From an uncultured Pseudomonadales bacterium (GTDB lineage: Bacteria; Patescibacteriota; Microgenomatia; UBA1400; PJMF01): a stretch of DNA of 64,000 nucleotides. This document shows, piece after piece, positions 17,617 to 27,348 of this stretch. Position 1 is the stretch's first letter. Every line of letters starts with the position of its first letter. The notes under the pieces are model-generated. The model ran no database searches. It worked only from the letters and a program-made list of their open reading frames with translations, and had not been told where the DNA came from. The DNA lies in NCBI GenBank assembly GCA_964556485.1, contig CAZKVV010000002.1, positions 74,291 to 138,290 of the forward strand, in the 5' to 3' direction. A program made the translations under genes and the position numbers.

Positions 17617-18680
17617 AGATAGCTCCGTACTACTTTGACAATTTTTTTACTGGCAGTTCCATCACCAAAGGTATTCATCCATTCAACATCTCCATCTTGA
17701 TACTTTTGCCATGCTTCATCAAAAAGCCGGGTATCTGCATGAATAATGAAGTTGGCGCTTAACGTTTCTGGTCGTTCTGTTGAGTCACGAAGTGTCATCA
17801 ATTTTTTACGTAGAACATATGCTTCTTCTTGTACGCCGCCAGAATCAGTCAAAATAAGCTCAGCATGTGATAACAGAGCTAACATATCAATATAACCCAC
17901 AGGACTACATACAGTGCATTTTTTTGGCAGTTCTATTTTCCATTTTTGTATAGCTTGTTGCGTTCTAGGATGCATAGGCCACAGTAACATTTTGCCCACT
18001 TTTTTTTGAGCATGAGCAAGTAGATCAACCAATGCTTCTAATTTTTGTTTTTCATCAACATTTTCTGCTCTATGAGCAGTTACTAAAATGTACTCACCAC
18101 TAGAAATTGAAAGTGTATCTAAGATATTTGATTTTTTTGCTAAATGTACATGTTGCAAAACCGCATCAACAACCGTATTTCCAGTGACTACCACTTTTTT
18201 ACCAAAAATTCCTTCACGCTTTAAGTTTTTTTTAGCTGTAGCTGTAGGTGCAAACAGTACATCACTAATTCTATCAACTAAAATTCTATTAATTTCTTCT
18301 GGCATTGCGTAATCAAAACTACGTAATCCTGCTTCGATATGTCCAACATCAATGTGTAGTTTTTTTGCTGCTAGTGCACCTGCAAGTGTGGTATTGGTAT
18401 CGCCATGAACGAGTACCAACTTAGGTTTGTATTCTAGGCAGAGTTTTTCGACACCTTCCATAATTTTCCCCGTTTGCACAGCATGACTTGCTGAACCAAC
18501 ATTGAGATGAAAATCTGGTATCGGCAATTGTAAATCAGAAATAATTAGACCGTCCATTTCATATGAGTAGTGTTGACCAGAATGAACGAAGATAAAGGGT
18601 ACATTTTGCTTTTGCAATTCATGTATTATTGGAGCAACTTTAATCAACTCTGGGCGTGTTCCCGTTAAGACAAGTATCAT
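17613..18680 (-). CDS. wecB: UDP-N-acetylglucosamine 2-epimerase (non-hydrolysing)
   Basis: MILVLTGTRPELIKVAPII...HSGQHYSYEM...VLVHGDTNTTLAG is a canonical WecB/MnaA signature. The internal start (MILVLTG) abuts the upstream stop; the track start at 18728 would overlap it by 52 nt. Confidence 0.9.
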   Translation of the reverse strand: MILVLTGTRPELIKVAPIIHELQKQNVPFIFVHSGQHYSYEMDGLIISDLQLPIPDFHLNVGSASHAVQTGKIMEGVEKLCLEYKPKLVLVHGDTNTTLAGALAAKKLHIDVGHIEAGLRSFDYAMPEEINRILVDRISDVLFAPTATAKKNLKREGIFGKKVVVTGNTVVDAVLQHVHLAKKSNILDTLSISSGEYILVTAHRAENVDEKQKLEALVDLLAHAQKKVGKMLLWPMHPRTQQAIQKWKIELPKKCTVCSPVGYIDMLALLSHAELILTDSGGVQEEAYVLRKKLMTLRDSTERPETLSANFIIHADTRLFDEAWQKYQDGDVEWMNTFGDGTASKKIVKVVRSYL

Positions 18681-19864
18681 TTGATCCTTTTTGCTAAACG
18701 CACATACTCCTGCGCTCTTTGCTTCCATGAAAACTTGGATTCAACTAGTGTTCTGCCTGAGATTCCCATTTTTGCTTTCAATTTTGGGTTAATCATAAGC
18801 AATTCAATTTTCTCTGCTAAATCTATCACATTTCCGACTTTATAGAGTAACGCATTATCATTTTGAATTCTCTCTCTTGCACCAAGAGTGTCATTTGCGA
18901 TAAATGGGATTTGACTTGCTGCAGCGTCTAGCATAGCCAATGATTCTTGTAGAGGCCAGACTGCAACGTCAGAAGCAGCATAGAATGCAGGAAGCTCTGT
19001 TTGAGGAAGCATACCTGTGATATGAACATGTTTTTTATACTTTTTGCACGCTTCGAGACACGATTCTTTATATTCACTAGGACCATCCCCTACCAATATT
19101 AATTGCAGATCTTTCTTTGCATATTTGGATTTTAAAACTGAGAATGCTTCGCAAAGTACATGTACTCCTTTACTTGGTATTACTTTTCCAGTGTATAGCA
19201 CAACGAATGCGCCCTCACTGATTTTCAATTTTTTTCGTAGTGATTTCTTTTGTTGTGATGAAGGCTTAAAAAAATCACAATCGGTGCCATGTGAAATAAG
19301 TGCACATTTTTTAGTCACACCATAGTACTTCTTGATAATAGGTGTGGTGTCTTCTTGAACAGCTATGGGAACGTCAAGGGAAGTATTGATGAGTTTTGAG
19401 AAAAAAAATCGAAATGCTGCATAAAAACTATTTTTTATTAGCTGGTTACCAGATTGAAATTCAGAAGGTAAGTGGCTATCCACTGCTAAAAATGTAAAAT
19501 GGTGCGATTTCTTAGCGAGTGCAACTTGCACACATGCGGGAGTAGAAATACCGAACACAATAACGACATCTGGATGATACTCAACAATTTTTTCTTTAAT
19601 TCCAAAGAATAGTGATCGAGCAAAAAACTCCAAGTAGGTTCTCTGACGCGTTACTGGTATTTTATGTAGTGTTGTTTTACCTACACCAACTTTCCTGGGC
19701 CCTAAAACAGCTTTTACCGTGCTGTCATAGTCGGGAAATGGGAAATAACTATCACCTGTAAGAATTTCCACTGTATGTCCGAGTGAAACCAAACTTTCAG
19801 CAATTTTTGATTCAGAGTATCCAAATTGTGGTTGGTAGTAATTACAAACAATCAGTATTTTCAT
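18677..19864 (-). CDS. GT4-family glycosyltransferase
   Basis: MKILIVCNYYQPQFGYSE N-terminus and C-terminal GT4 block (LILVGDGP ... SDVAVWPLQESLAMLDAAASQIPFIAND). Confidence 0.8.
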   Translation of the reverse strand: MKILIVCNYYQPQFGYSESKIAESLVSLGHTVEILTGDSYFPFPDYDSTVKAVLGPRKVGVGKTTLHKIPVTRQRTYLEFFARSLFFGIKEKIVEYHPDVVIVFGISTPACVQVALAKKSHHFTFLAVDSHLPSEFQSGNQLIKNSFYAAFRFFFSKLINTSLDVPIAVQEDTTPIIKKYYGVTKKCALISHGTDCDFFKPSSQQKKSLRKKLKISEGAFVVLYTGKVIPSKGVHVLCEAFSVLKSKYAKKDLQLILVGDGPSEYKESCLEACKKYKKHVHITGMLPQTELPAFYAASDVAVWPLQESLAMLDAAASQIPFIANDTLGARERIQNDNALLYKVGNVIDLAEKIELLMINPKLKAKMGISGRTLVESKFSWKQRAQEYVRLAKRIK

Positions 19865-20538
19865 GTAATAAGGAAGGTGAAGTTGAAGAAGGAAAGATAC
19901 TGCAATTGATACCCTGCTTTTTCTAACTGTGATACGAGTTTGAACATGCGCATAAATGATGTTGGCTGATCAATTTCAACACAAATACATTTCGGTCTAA
20001 TAGCTGTAGTTGTTAGCAAATCATGTATAACGGCGTGTTCAGCTCCTTCAATATCAATTTTAAGTAGATCAATGGCAGTGTGACGCAGCACCTGCATGAT
20101 AGTTTCCAATCTGTAACATTTTGCCATAAAGAAGTCTGAGGTCTTTTGCAGATTTACAATAGAATGTGACACTGCAGTAGCATCTCTTGGAGTAAAAAAC
20201 TTTTGTGTACTGTTGGCATTCCAGAGCCCAACAGGGAGAAAATAAAAAGAGGAAGGAGTTTCAATAGAATTTAAATATCGAATTGCTTTTGGTGTGGGGT
20301 CAAAGGCAAACACTGTAGCACTATAATCGTGCATAATTGCTAGATCAAAGCTGATGTCCTCACCTACTCCACCGGAGTACACTAATGGTTTATGTTGCAA
20401 AATAACTTTTGGAACCCACCAAGCAGCTCCTGCATTTCCTAGCATGACGCCTTGTGTTTCTATTTTTCCATTTCCCCATATAAGCCAAGAAAGTACTAGG
20501 TTGAGATAAAAAATAAGAGTGTTATATAACTTGTGCAT
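19861..20538 (-). CDS. FkbM-family methyltransferase
   Basis: VFAFDPTPKAIRYL ... LLKIDIEGAEHAVIHDLL. Confidence 0.65.
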   Translation of the reverse strand: MHKLYNTLIFYLNLVLSWLIWGNGKIETQGVMLGNAGAAWWVPKVILQHKPLVYSGGVGEDISFDLAIMHDYSATVFAFDPTPKAIRYLNSIETPSSFYFLPVGLWNANSTQKFFTPRDATAVSHSIVNLQKTSDFFMAKCYRLETIMQVLRHTAIDLLKIDIEGAEHAVIHDLLTTTAIRPKCICVEIDQPTSFMRMFKLVSQLEKAGYQLQYLSFFNFTFLIT

Positions 20539-21691
20539 ATATATCTAATAATCTATTTCCGATTGCTTCCATAGAATACTTCTTTTCAACAAATGCAGCA
20601 GCATTCGTACCAAATAGGGTCCTTTTTTTTGTATCTTGAAGAAGATCACGAATTGCCTTTGCAATTTTTGCAGGATTTGGCGCAACGACTAATCCAGCTT
20701 TCTGTACAGTAACTTCTGGAAAGTGACAACCCTCGGTAAGTACCAGAGGTAAACCTACTGCTGCCGCTTCTAAAATACCCAAGGAAAAACCTTCAGAATA
20801 AGATGGATAGACAAAAACGTCTGAGGCTTTAAACAAAAGTGCTTTTTGCTCTCCAAAACATGCTGGTAGTAAGGTGATTTTTTTTGCAATGCCAAGATTT
20901 GTAATGCGATTTTTGAGTTCTTCTAAATAGCCATCGTCAGATCCAGCAATGACAACTGAAAATGACTCATCTTTAAGAAGTGCCACCGCCTCAACAAGCA
21001 AATCTAAGCCTTTTACTGCATGAATCCTACCTAGGAAAGTAACAAGCGGCTGCGAAGTTTTTAACTTTAATTTTTTTTTGGCAACTTCTTTAGTTACTTT
21101 TGTTTGAAATTCTGTTGCTGATACGCCGTGTCCAAGCATGGTGATTTTCTCTTTTGTAACTCCATGTTTAAGATAGTCAGCTTTTTCATTTTCCGAAGTT
21201 GCTATTACCACGGCTGCATGATGAAGTAGCTGCTTTCCGTAGAGTGAATAAAACAGTTGTTTGAAGACACTACGCTGGCCCATTCTTACTTCCTCAAGAC
21301 AACCGTGCACACTGAGAATATAGGGAATCTTGAAAATTCGAGCTAAAATGCCAATCCAAAAATTTTGCAATGTATAAAAATCGTGAATATGAATGCAATC
21401 TTGTTTCGGAACTTCTTGTAGGGCTTTGAGATACAAACCTGGTGTCAAAAATAGATTGTATACATATGCCAGTTGATTATGAATGTTCTTAAAATATCTA
21501 ACCGTAATACCATTTTTAGTAACATACAGTTCTTTAGGCATCCGTTTTTCTTTGTCATATCCGTCTGAGGTATACACAGTGACCAGATGGCCTTTTTCCG
21601 CAAAGTAACAGCTGGTGTCAAAGACAAGCTTAGCTGGACCTCCGTATGACCAAGCAGGATAAAAATAGGGAACGATTTGCAAAATTTTCAT
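20522..21691 (-). CDS. GT4-family glycosyltransferase
   Basis: MKILQIVPYFYPAWSYGGPAK; C-terminal block SDVFVYPSYSEGFSLGILEAAAVGLPLV. Confidence 0.8.
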   Translation of the reverse strand: MKILQIVPYFYPAWSYGGPAKLVFDTSCYFAEKGHLVTVYTSDGYDKEKRMPKELYVTKNGITVRYFKNIHNQLAYVYNLFLTPGLYLKALQEVPKQDCIHIHDFYTLQNFWIGILARIFKIPYILSVHGCLEEVRMGQRSVFKQLFYSLYGKQLLHHAAVVIATSENEKADYLKHGVTKEKITMLGHGVSATEFQTKVTKEVAKKKLKLKTSQPLVTFLGRIHAVKGLDLLVEAVALLKDESFSVVIAGSDDGYLEELKNRITNLGIAKKITLLPACFGEQKALLFKASDVFVYPSYSEGFSLGILEAAAVGLPLVLTEGCHFPEVTVQKAGLVVAPNPAKIAKAIRDLLQDTKKRTLFGTNAAAFVEKKYSMEAIGNRLLDIYAQVI

Positions 21692-22596
21692 GAATCTGTC
21701 CTTTGTAGCACTTCATCAACTGTTCTAGGTATGAAACCTAACAATCTGGTTGATTGTACTGCATTCAGACAGGCATAGGGTACTCGATAATCCGCAGCCT
21801 GTGTACCAAAGTAGTCATTCATATTTTGTGGGCTAACCAATTGTGGGTTAAAGGAATTGAATTGAGCAATTTTTTGAGCAAACGCAAAAGGTGTGAGCGT
21901 TTTTGGATTGACTACATGTACTATGCCTGGAATTGATCCATGAATGACAGTTGAGATGCCTTTCTGTAGGTCAATGAGTTCAGTTGGCGCAATAAGCTGA
22001 TCATCAACAGCAAACCATGGCTTGCCAGTTTGAAATGATCTATACATTTTTGCGTACATCGTTGAGATTGTTATATCAGTAGAATAGGTAATGACCGAGC
22101 GAATAATGGTTGCATTAGTTCCGATTGACTCAACAATTTCCTCTCCTTTTGTTTTTGTAATGCCGTACCAACTTTTTGCATTGCGTAGTGCTGTTTCTTT
22201 TGGACAGGTAGCGTTGTTTGAACCAAAAACACTTTCTGTCGAAAGGTAAATAAAGCGCGCATCACTATTCTGAGCTTGAGATACTAAGTAGCGAGTTGCT
22301 TCTACATTTAGTTTCCAAACACTTCCCTTTTCACCGTTTTTTCTATCTTGTTCACATGCATCAACATGTGTTGCTGCAGCCATATGCAAAATAACATCTG
22401 GTTTGATACTTTTGACAGCCTTTTCTACAGCGCTTTGATCACATATATCAACTGAGATGGATTGGTTTGCAGGTATTGTCGAACTAGGTTTAGTGTGGAA
22501 AAAATCATAGATCTCCCAACTGTTTTGGTCGAAATGATGTACCAAATTGCGTCCAACCACACCAGAAAGCCCAGTAATAATCAGTTTTTTTCTCAT
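21688..22596 (-). CDS. RmlD-like NAD(P)H-dependent dTDP-6-deoxyhexose 4-reductase family protein
   Basis: ITGLSGVVGRNL Rossmann motif; HMAAATHVDACEQD ... IYLSTESVFGS matches the RmlD_sub_bind pattern. It is the second RmlD-type gene in the window. Confidence 0.6.
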   Translation of the reverse strand: MRKKLIITGLSGVVGRNLVHHFDQNSWEIYDFFHTKPSSTIPANQSISVDICDQSAVEKAVKSIKPDVILHMAAATHVDACEQDRKNGEKGSVWKLNVEATRYLVSQAQNSDARFIYLSTESVFGSNNATCPKETALRNAKSWYGITKTKGEEIVESIGTNATIIRSVITYSTDITISTMYAKMYRSFQTGKPWFAVDDQLIAPTELIDLQKGISTVIHGSIPGIVHVVNPKTLTPFAFAQKIAQFNSFNPQLVSPQNMNDYFGTQAADYRVPYACLNAVQSTRLLGFIPRTVDEVLQRTDS

Positions 22597-23648
22597 GATT
22601 TCAGAAGTTTTTTCACACCAGTAAAATAACTCTCTAATACTGGATTAACAATATGCTTTACTACAGAATTTTCAAACGCATCAAAGGTTATTTTTCCTGT
22701 GAAGTTGTTGAGTAGTGACGCATCACTTACTTTTCTTAGAGCCTGTACTTTCTTTCTGGCAGCTATGACTTTTGGTGCAAGTGCTAACAAAGAAAAGTAG
22801 CTTTTAAGCTTAACGACACCCCATCCTGAAATAAAGGCAAAAAATGTCATGCCAACTTCCATAAAAATTGCAGCTGGTAAAAACAGTATGATTGATTTGA
22901 GTGAATAGTTCTTAAAGAATGTAGCAAGTCTATTTCGTTCAATTAAAAAAAGTTTTCTATGTAAACTTAAATAGTTCTCTTTAGGAATGTATTTATAATC
23001 ATGATACAAGACACTTTCTTTGACAAATCTAAGTGTGTATCCAGCAAGTAAACATCTCCAAGAAAAATCTGAATCTTCATAGTACATAAAGAATTGTTCA
23101 TCAAAACCACCAAGTTTTAAAAATACGTCACTCTTCACACACATACCCGAGCCACTGCATGAGTAGATTAACCCAGAATTTGGAATGGATTTGGTTTTGT
23201 AGTCTCTGATCCAGTCGAATCCTAAAAAATGAGTGGTCTTGCCAGTTAAATTGATGGTTTTTTTATCAAATAAATACACTAATGGTTGGGTAACAGCCAC
23301 AGATAAATCATTTTCCATTGTTTCAATAAGCGGTTCAAATACAGCTGGTGTGACTACTGTGTCAGGATTGAGAATAAATAGATACTTCCCTTTTGCAATC
23401 TTAGCAACTTGATTGTGTGCGGCTGCGAAACCTACATTGGTTGCATTTTCAATTAGAGTAATTTTTTCTGATAATGAGACTGATTTAATGGTATCTATAG
23501 TAGTATCACTAGAATTGTTGTCAAAAATAATAATTTCAATAGCTAAGTATCTTACTTTGAATAGTGATTTGAGACAGTCACCAATATATTCAGCGGAGTT
23601 GCACGTTACAATACTGATACTTACTAACGGTTGTGCTGACTGCTTCAT
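22593..23648 (-). CDS. GT2-family glycosyltransferase (rhamnosyltransferase-like)
   Basis: VSISIVTCNSAEYI ... IIIFDNNSSDTT ... FAAAHNQ ... ILNPDTVV. Confidence 0.8.
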   Translation of the reverse strand: MKQSAQPLVSISIVTCNSAEYIGDCLKSLFKVRYLAIEIIIFDNNSSDTTIDTIKSVSLSEKITLIENATNVGFAAAHNQVAKIAKGKYLFILNPDTVVTPAVFEPLIETMENDLSVAVTQPLVYLFDKKTINLTGKTTHFLGFDWIRDYKTKSIPNSGLIYSCSGSGMCVKSDVFLKLGGFDEQFFMYYEDSDFSWRCLLAGYTLRFVKESVLYHDYKYIPKENYLSLHRKLFLIERNRLATFFKNYSLKSIILFLPAAIFMEVGMTFFAFISGWGVVKLKSYFSLLALAPKVIAARKKVQALRKVSDASLLNNFTGKITFDAFENSVVKHIVNPVLESYFTGVKKLLKS

Positions 23649-24667
23649 AGATATCCATGCTCAAGATACCAATTCCCTGTGATACGCGTTCCTTTTTTGA
23701 ATGAAATTTTTGGTGAATAGCCAATCTCTTTTTTAGCTTTGGAAATATTATAGTAATACGGTGTAACCATGGTTCTAACTCTTGATGGAAAGAGTGGTAA
23801 ATGCAATCCAAACAAACTATTAAACACTGCACATACATGTGCGATTGGTAAAGCTAGTACTAGTGGTAAGCGACCTTTTGGAGCTGCTTTTGAGATACTT
23901 GCACTAACACAAGTTACCACTTCGACCAAGGTTGGCGCATCTACACCACCGATAATATACTCTCCATTTGGAATTTTAGATTTTGCAGCCAAGATTGTTG
24001 CATCAACGAGATCTTGCACATACACATAGTGCATTTTATTTTTTCCGTTACCAACTTGTAAAAACATCCCGCTCTGAATGGCTTTGTACAAAGCCAATGT
24101 TGGCCCCTTTTCTCTTGGACCATACACACTCGCTGGTCGAATGATTGCATATGCTAATCCAAAATCTTGATGTGCTTTTCTAACTCTTTCTTCAGCTTCC
24201 CACTTGGATTGACCATAAAAATTGGTGAAGGTTGGTTTATGTGTTTCATCCCAGTTTTCAATTGGCCCAGTGGCAGCAGGAAGTCCGTAGATACCAATGG
24301 TGCTGTAGAGAACAAACTTTTTTACACCATGTTTTTTACAACCATCGATCAAATATTGTGTTCCAAGTGCGTTTACATCTTGGTACTCTGCATAGGTAGG
24401 TCCATCAAAATCAATTCTTGCAGCCAAATGATATACGGTATCAATATCTTTAGTGATGATGCTCATTAGCTTTTTATCTCTAACATCACCCCTGACTATC
24501 TCAAAATCAGAAGTTGGCAAATTGGTTGATGGTTCATCGTTCCAGAGCAAAATACGAATATTTTTAGCCTGCACTCCTTCTGATAGTAGTGTGTCAACAA
24601 GATGTGATCCTATAAAACCACCAGCTCCAGTAATAAGTATTTTTTTTTGCATAGAAACAATGTTCAA
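23645..24667 (-). CDS. NAD-dependent sugar epimerase/dehydratase (extended SDR)
   Basis: KILITGAGGFIGSHLV Rossmann motif; catalytic YGQSKWEAE (YxxxK). Confidence 0.75.
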   Translation of the reverse strand: MNIVSMQKKILITGAGGFIGSHLVDTLLSEGVQAKNIRILLWNDEPSTNLPTSDFEIVRGDVRDKKLMSIITKDIDTVYHLAARIDFDGPTYAEYQDVNALGTQYLIDGCKKHGVKKFVLYSTIGIYGLPAATGPIENWDETHKPTFTNFYGQSKWEAEERVRKAHQDFGLAYAIIRPASVYGPREKGPTLALYKAIQSGMFLQVGNGKNKMHYVYVQDLVDATILAAKSKIPNGEYIIGGVDAPTLVEVVTCVSASISKAAPKGRLPLVLALPIAHVCAVFNSLFGLHLPLFPSRVRTMVTPYYYNISKAKKEIGYSPKISFKKGTRITGNWYLEHGYL

Positions 24668-24691
24668 GTTATTCTAATATATAGCAGATTT

Positions 24692-25399
24692 TTACTGAAA
24701 TTTAAGCAGAATACCAAACTTAAGTATGACCCAGACTGCTCTAATTGCGTCTTTAAATCCAATTTTTTTGCCATCTTCATACGTTCTGCCATGGTAGGAT
24801 ATTCCCACTTCATACATACGAACCTTCATGTGAGCAACTTTTGCTGTTAATTCAGGTTCAATGCCAAATGAATTTTCTGTAATGGTGATTTTTTGCAAGA
24901 CCTCATTTCGAAACATCTTGTAGCCAGTTTCCATATCAGTGAGGTTAACGTTATTAAAAATGTTTGATAAAAGAGTCAGATAGGTGTTGGCTAGATAGTG
25001 CCAAAAGTACACTACTCTATGTGCACGCGAGCCCATAAATCTGGTTCCATACACGACATCGGCTCGATCATCTAACAATGGTTGAAGGAGATGTGGTAAA
25101 TCATGAGGATCATATTCAAGATCTGCATCTTGAATAACCACATACTTACCAGTTGCTTTTGCAATGCCATCTCGGAGGGCTGCCCCTTTTCCACCATTTT
25201 TTTTTCGTAAAATGCAGATGTCTATTGAAGAGCTTAACTTTTTTAGTAATGCCCGCGTACCATCTGTGGATCCATCATCAACAACAATAATCTCTATGTT
25301 AGAAATGCCAGCATATCTGACAGAAGTGATGATCTCTTTTATTGTTTTTTCTTCATTAAATACGGGAACAACGACAGATAAAAGTGGTTGTTTACTCAT
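24692..25399 (-). CDS. Short GT2 polyprenyl-phosphate glycosyltransferase (DPM1/GtrB/ArnC-like)
   Basis: 235 aa, soluble. LSVVVPVFNEEKTI ... IIVVDDGSTDGT ... GGKGAALRDG ... VIQDADLEYDP ... VVYGTR is the Dpm1-type signature. Confidence 0.75.
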   Translation of the reverse strand: MSKQPLLSVVVPVFNEEKTIKEIITSVRYAGISNIEIIVVDDGSTDGTRALLKKLSSSIDICILRKKNGGKGAALRDGIAKATGKYVVIQDADLEYDPHDLPHLLQPLLDDRADVVYGTRFMGSRAHRVVYFWHYLANTYLTLLSNIFNNVNLTDMETGYKMFRNEVLQKITITENSFGIEPELTAKVAHMKVRMYEVGISYHGRTYEDGKKIGFKDAIRAVWVILKFGILLKFQ

Positions 25400-25745
25400 G
25401 TTTATTTTTTTCTAACTTCTCAAGTCTAGTAACTAATGCTTTTCTTCGCACAAATTGTTCTATCTTTTTTTCAAGTATCTTGATTTTGAAGTAACTAAAA
25501 AATAACACGACTGAAAGAATCATGAAGGCAATGACTACGAGGAGATCAAAAACTCTAGCAAAGTTAAGTAATCCTGTGATGCCTAAGAGAAGATGCGGAA
25601 AAAGCGCGATTACAATAAAAAGTATCCAGACAGAAATCCATGCCCACGTTTCAATTTTTGTTAAATTTTGTTTTTTATGATGAATGGTAACGACATAAAT
25701 CATGAAAAGTGCAAAAAATGCTGAAGCTATTTGAAATACGGTCAT
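25392..25745 (-). CDS. Small 3-4 TM membrane protein with charged C-terminal tail (DUF2304/GtrA-like; candidate polyprenyl-P-sugar flippase partner)
   Basis: 117 aa, sandwiched between two DPM1-like GT2 genes and overlapping both (8-nt and 4-nt overlaps). Confidence 0.45.
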   Translation of the reverse strand: MTVFQIASAFFALFMIYVVTIHHKKQNLTKIETWAWISVWILFIVIALFPHLLLGITGLLNFARVFDLLVVIAFMILSVVLFFSYFKIKILEKKIEQFVRRKALVTRLEKLEKNKHE

Positions 25746-26431
25746 AATGTTAACCTCCAGATTACCACACTCTGCATGAAATCAAGAGTATTAAGAATGG
25801 TCATTCCCTTGTCATAATCATGGTAAATAGTATCAATTGTTACTACACCAAAAGGGATTTTAAAACGGGAAACTCTGCAGGCAATTTCCATTTCAACTTG
25901 GTATCCCGGTGAAACCCAAAGTATTTTTTTTAGTACTGACTTTTTGAATGCTTTATATCCAGACGGAATATCTGGAATTAATGGTCCACCAAAAAATACT
26001 TTCACAACAACTGAAGCAAAATAATTAGTGACTCGTTTAACTAATGGCATAGTTGCATCGAGTGCTCTAACACCAAACACTACATCGTATCCTTCAGACA
26101 ATTTCTTTTCAAAAAGATGTAGTTCTTCCGGTGAGTGCTGATCGTCAGCATCCATGACAATCACTGCCTCTGCCCCACAATATTCAAACGCATATTCGCA
26201 ACCAGTTTTGAGTGCAGCTCCTTTGCCTAAGTTAATTTCATGAGAGAGAACATGCTTGGTATATTTGGATGCAATGAGTGCAGTATTATCTATAGAACCA
26301 TCATCAACAAAAATGACATGTTTTGTTTTTTTAACAACTTTTTCGAGCACTCTTGCTATGTAGGTTGATTCATTGTAGCCAGGAATCACAACCCAAATTG
26401 AGTCATCTAGTGTCATGTAGTTTTTTTCCAC
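25742..26431 (-). CDS. Short GT2 polyprenyl-phosphate glycosyltransferase (DPM1/GtrB-like)
   Basis: 229 aa. IWVVIPGYNES ... IFVDDGSIDNT ... GKGAALKTG ... VMDADDQHSPEE ... VVFGVR. Confidence 0.75.
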   Translation of the reverse strand: MEKNYMTLDDSIWVVIPGYNESTYIARVLEKVVKKTKHVIFVDDGSIDNTALIASKYTKHVLSHEINLGKGAALKTGCEYAFEYCGAEAVIVMDADDQHSPEELHLFEKKLSEGYDVVFGVRALDATMPLVKRVTNYFASVVVKVFFGGPLIPDIPSGYKAFKKSVLKKILWVSPGYQVEMEIACRVSRFKIPFGVVTIDTIYHDYDKGMTILNTLDFMQSVVIWRLTL

Positions 26432-27339
26432 AGATCTACAAAGTAGCGAACAGTTTCAGCAATGCCATCTTCTAGTGAAATTTCTGCTTTCCAGCCCATT
26501 TGTTCATGAGCTTTCTGAGCGCTTGCATACAGCTGACGAGGGTCTCCAGGTCTATCTGGATGATTGACTACACGAGCTTTCTTGCCTAAGCATTTTTCGA
26601 TAGCAGAAACGAGGTCTAAAACTGAAGCAGGTTTTTCAGTTGAGAGATTGAAGTAATGGTATTTACTTTGATGCTCTGAAGAAAAAGAAATTGCAGAAAG
26701 ATGACCAGCCACTATGTCTCGGATATGAATGTAATCTCGAAGATGGCCCCCATTTCCCCAAACGGTTACTTCTTGATCGGAATAAATCTGTTCTATAAAT
26801 CGGGGTAGTGCATGTGTTTCAGGTTCATGATGCTCTTCTGGGCCATACAAATTGAAATATCTGAGTGCGACTCCAGTCATTCCAAAAGAAGCTACATACG
26901 ATGAGATCAAGCCTTCCATTGCAAGTTTGGTCATGCCATAGGGATTAATTGGCAAGGTTCGATCATCTTCTGTAATGGGAATGGTTTTTGGTTCACCATA
27001 TATTGCTGCACTTGAAGAAAAAATGAATGTAGGAACATTATTCTTTCTCATAGCTTCAAGTACTGAGACTGTGCCACTAATGTTGTAATCAACAAATTTT
27101 TGTGGAAACTTCACTGATTCACCTGCTTCTATCAGTGATGCTAAGTGAAAAACTAAATCAACATCTTTAATTTCAGCTTCCATCTTTTCTGCATCACGAA
27201 CGTCAGAAATAATCGTTGGAAATTCTTTACTCTCACGTAAATCAATGTTTTTAACTGAGTGCCCTTGCTCTACTAACGCCCTGAGCAAGTGAGTGCCTAA
27301 AAACCCTGAACCACCAGTAACTAGTATTCGTTTTTGCAT
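26413..27339 (-). CDS. UDP-hexose 4-epimerase-like extended SDR (GalE family)
   Basis: RILVTGGSGFLGTHL; YGMTKLAMEGL catalytic YxxxK. Confidence 0.75.
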   Translation of the reverse strand: MQKRILVTGGSGFLGTHLLRALVEQGHSVKNIDLRESKEFPTIISDVRDAEKMEAEIKDVDLVFHLASLIEAGESVKFPQKFVDYNISGTVSVLEAMRKNNVPTFIFSSSAAIYGEPKTIPITEDDRTLPINPYGMTKLAMEGLISSYVASFGMTGVALRYFNLYGPEEHHEPETHALPRFIEQIYSDQEVTVWGNGGHLRDYIHIRDIVAGHLSAISFSSEHQSKYHYFNLSTEKPASVLDLVSAIEKCLGKKARVVNHPDRPGDPRQLYASAQKAHEQMGWKAEISLEDGIAETVRYFVDLWKKTT

Positions 27340-27348
27340 ATCAACTCC

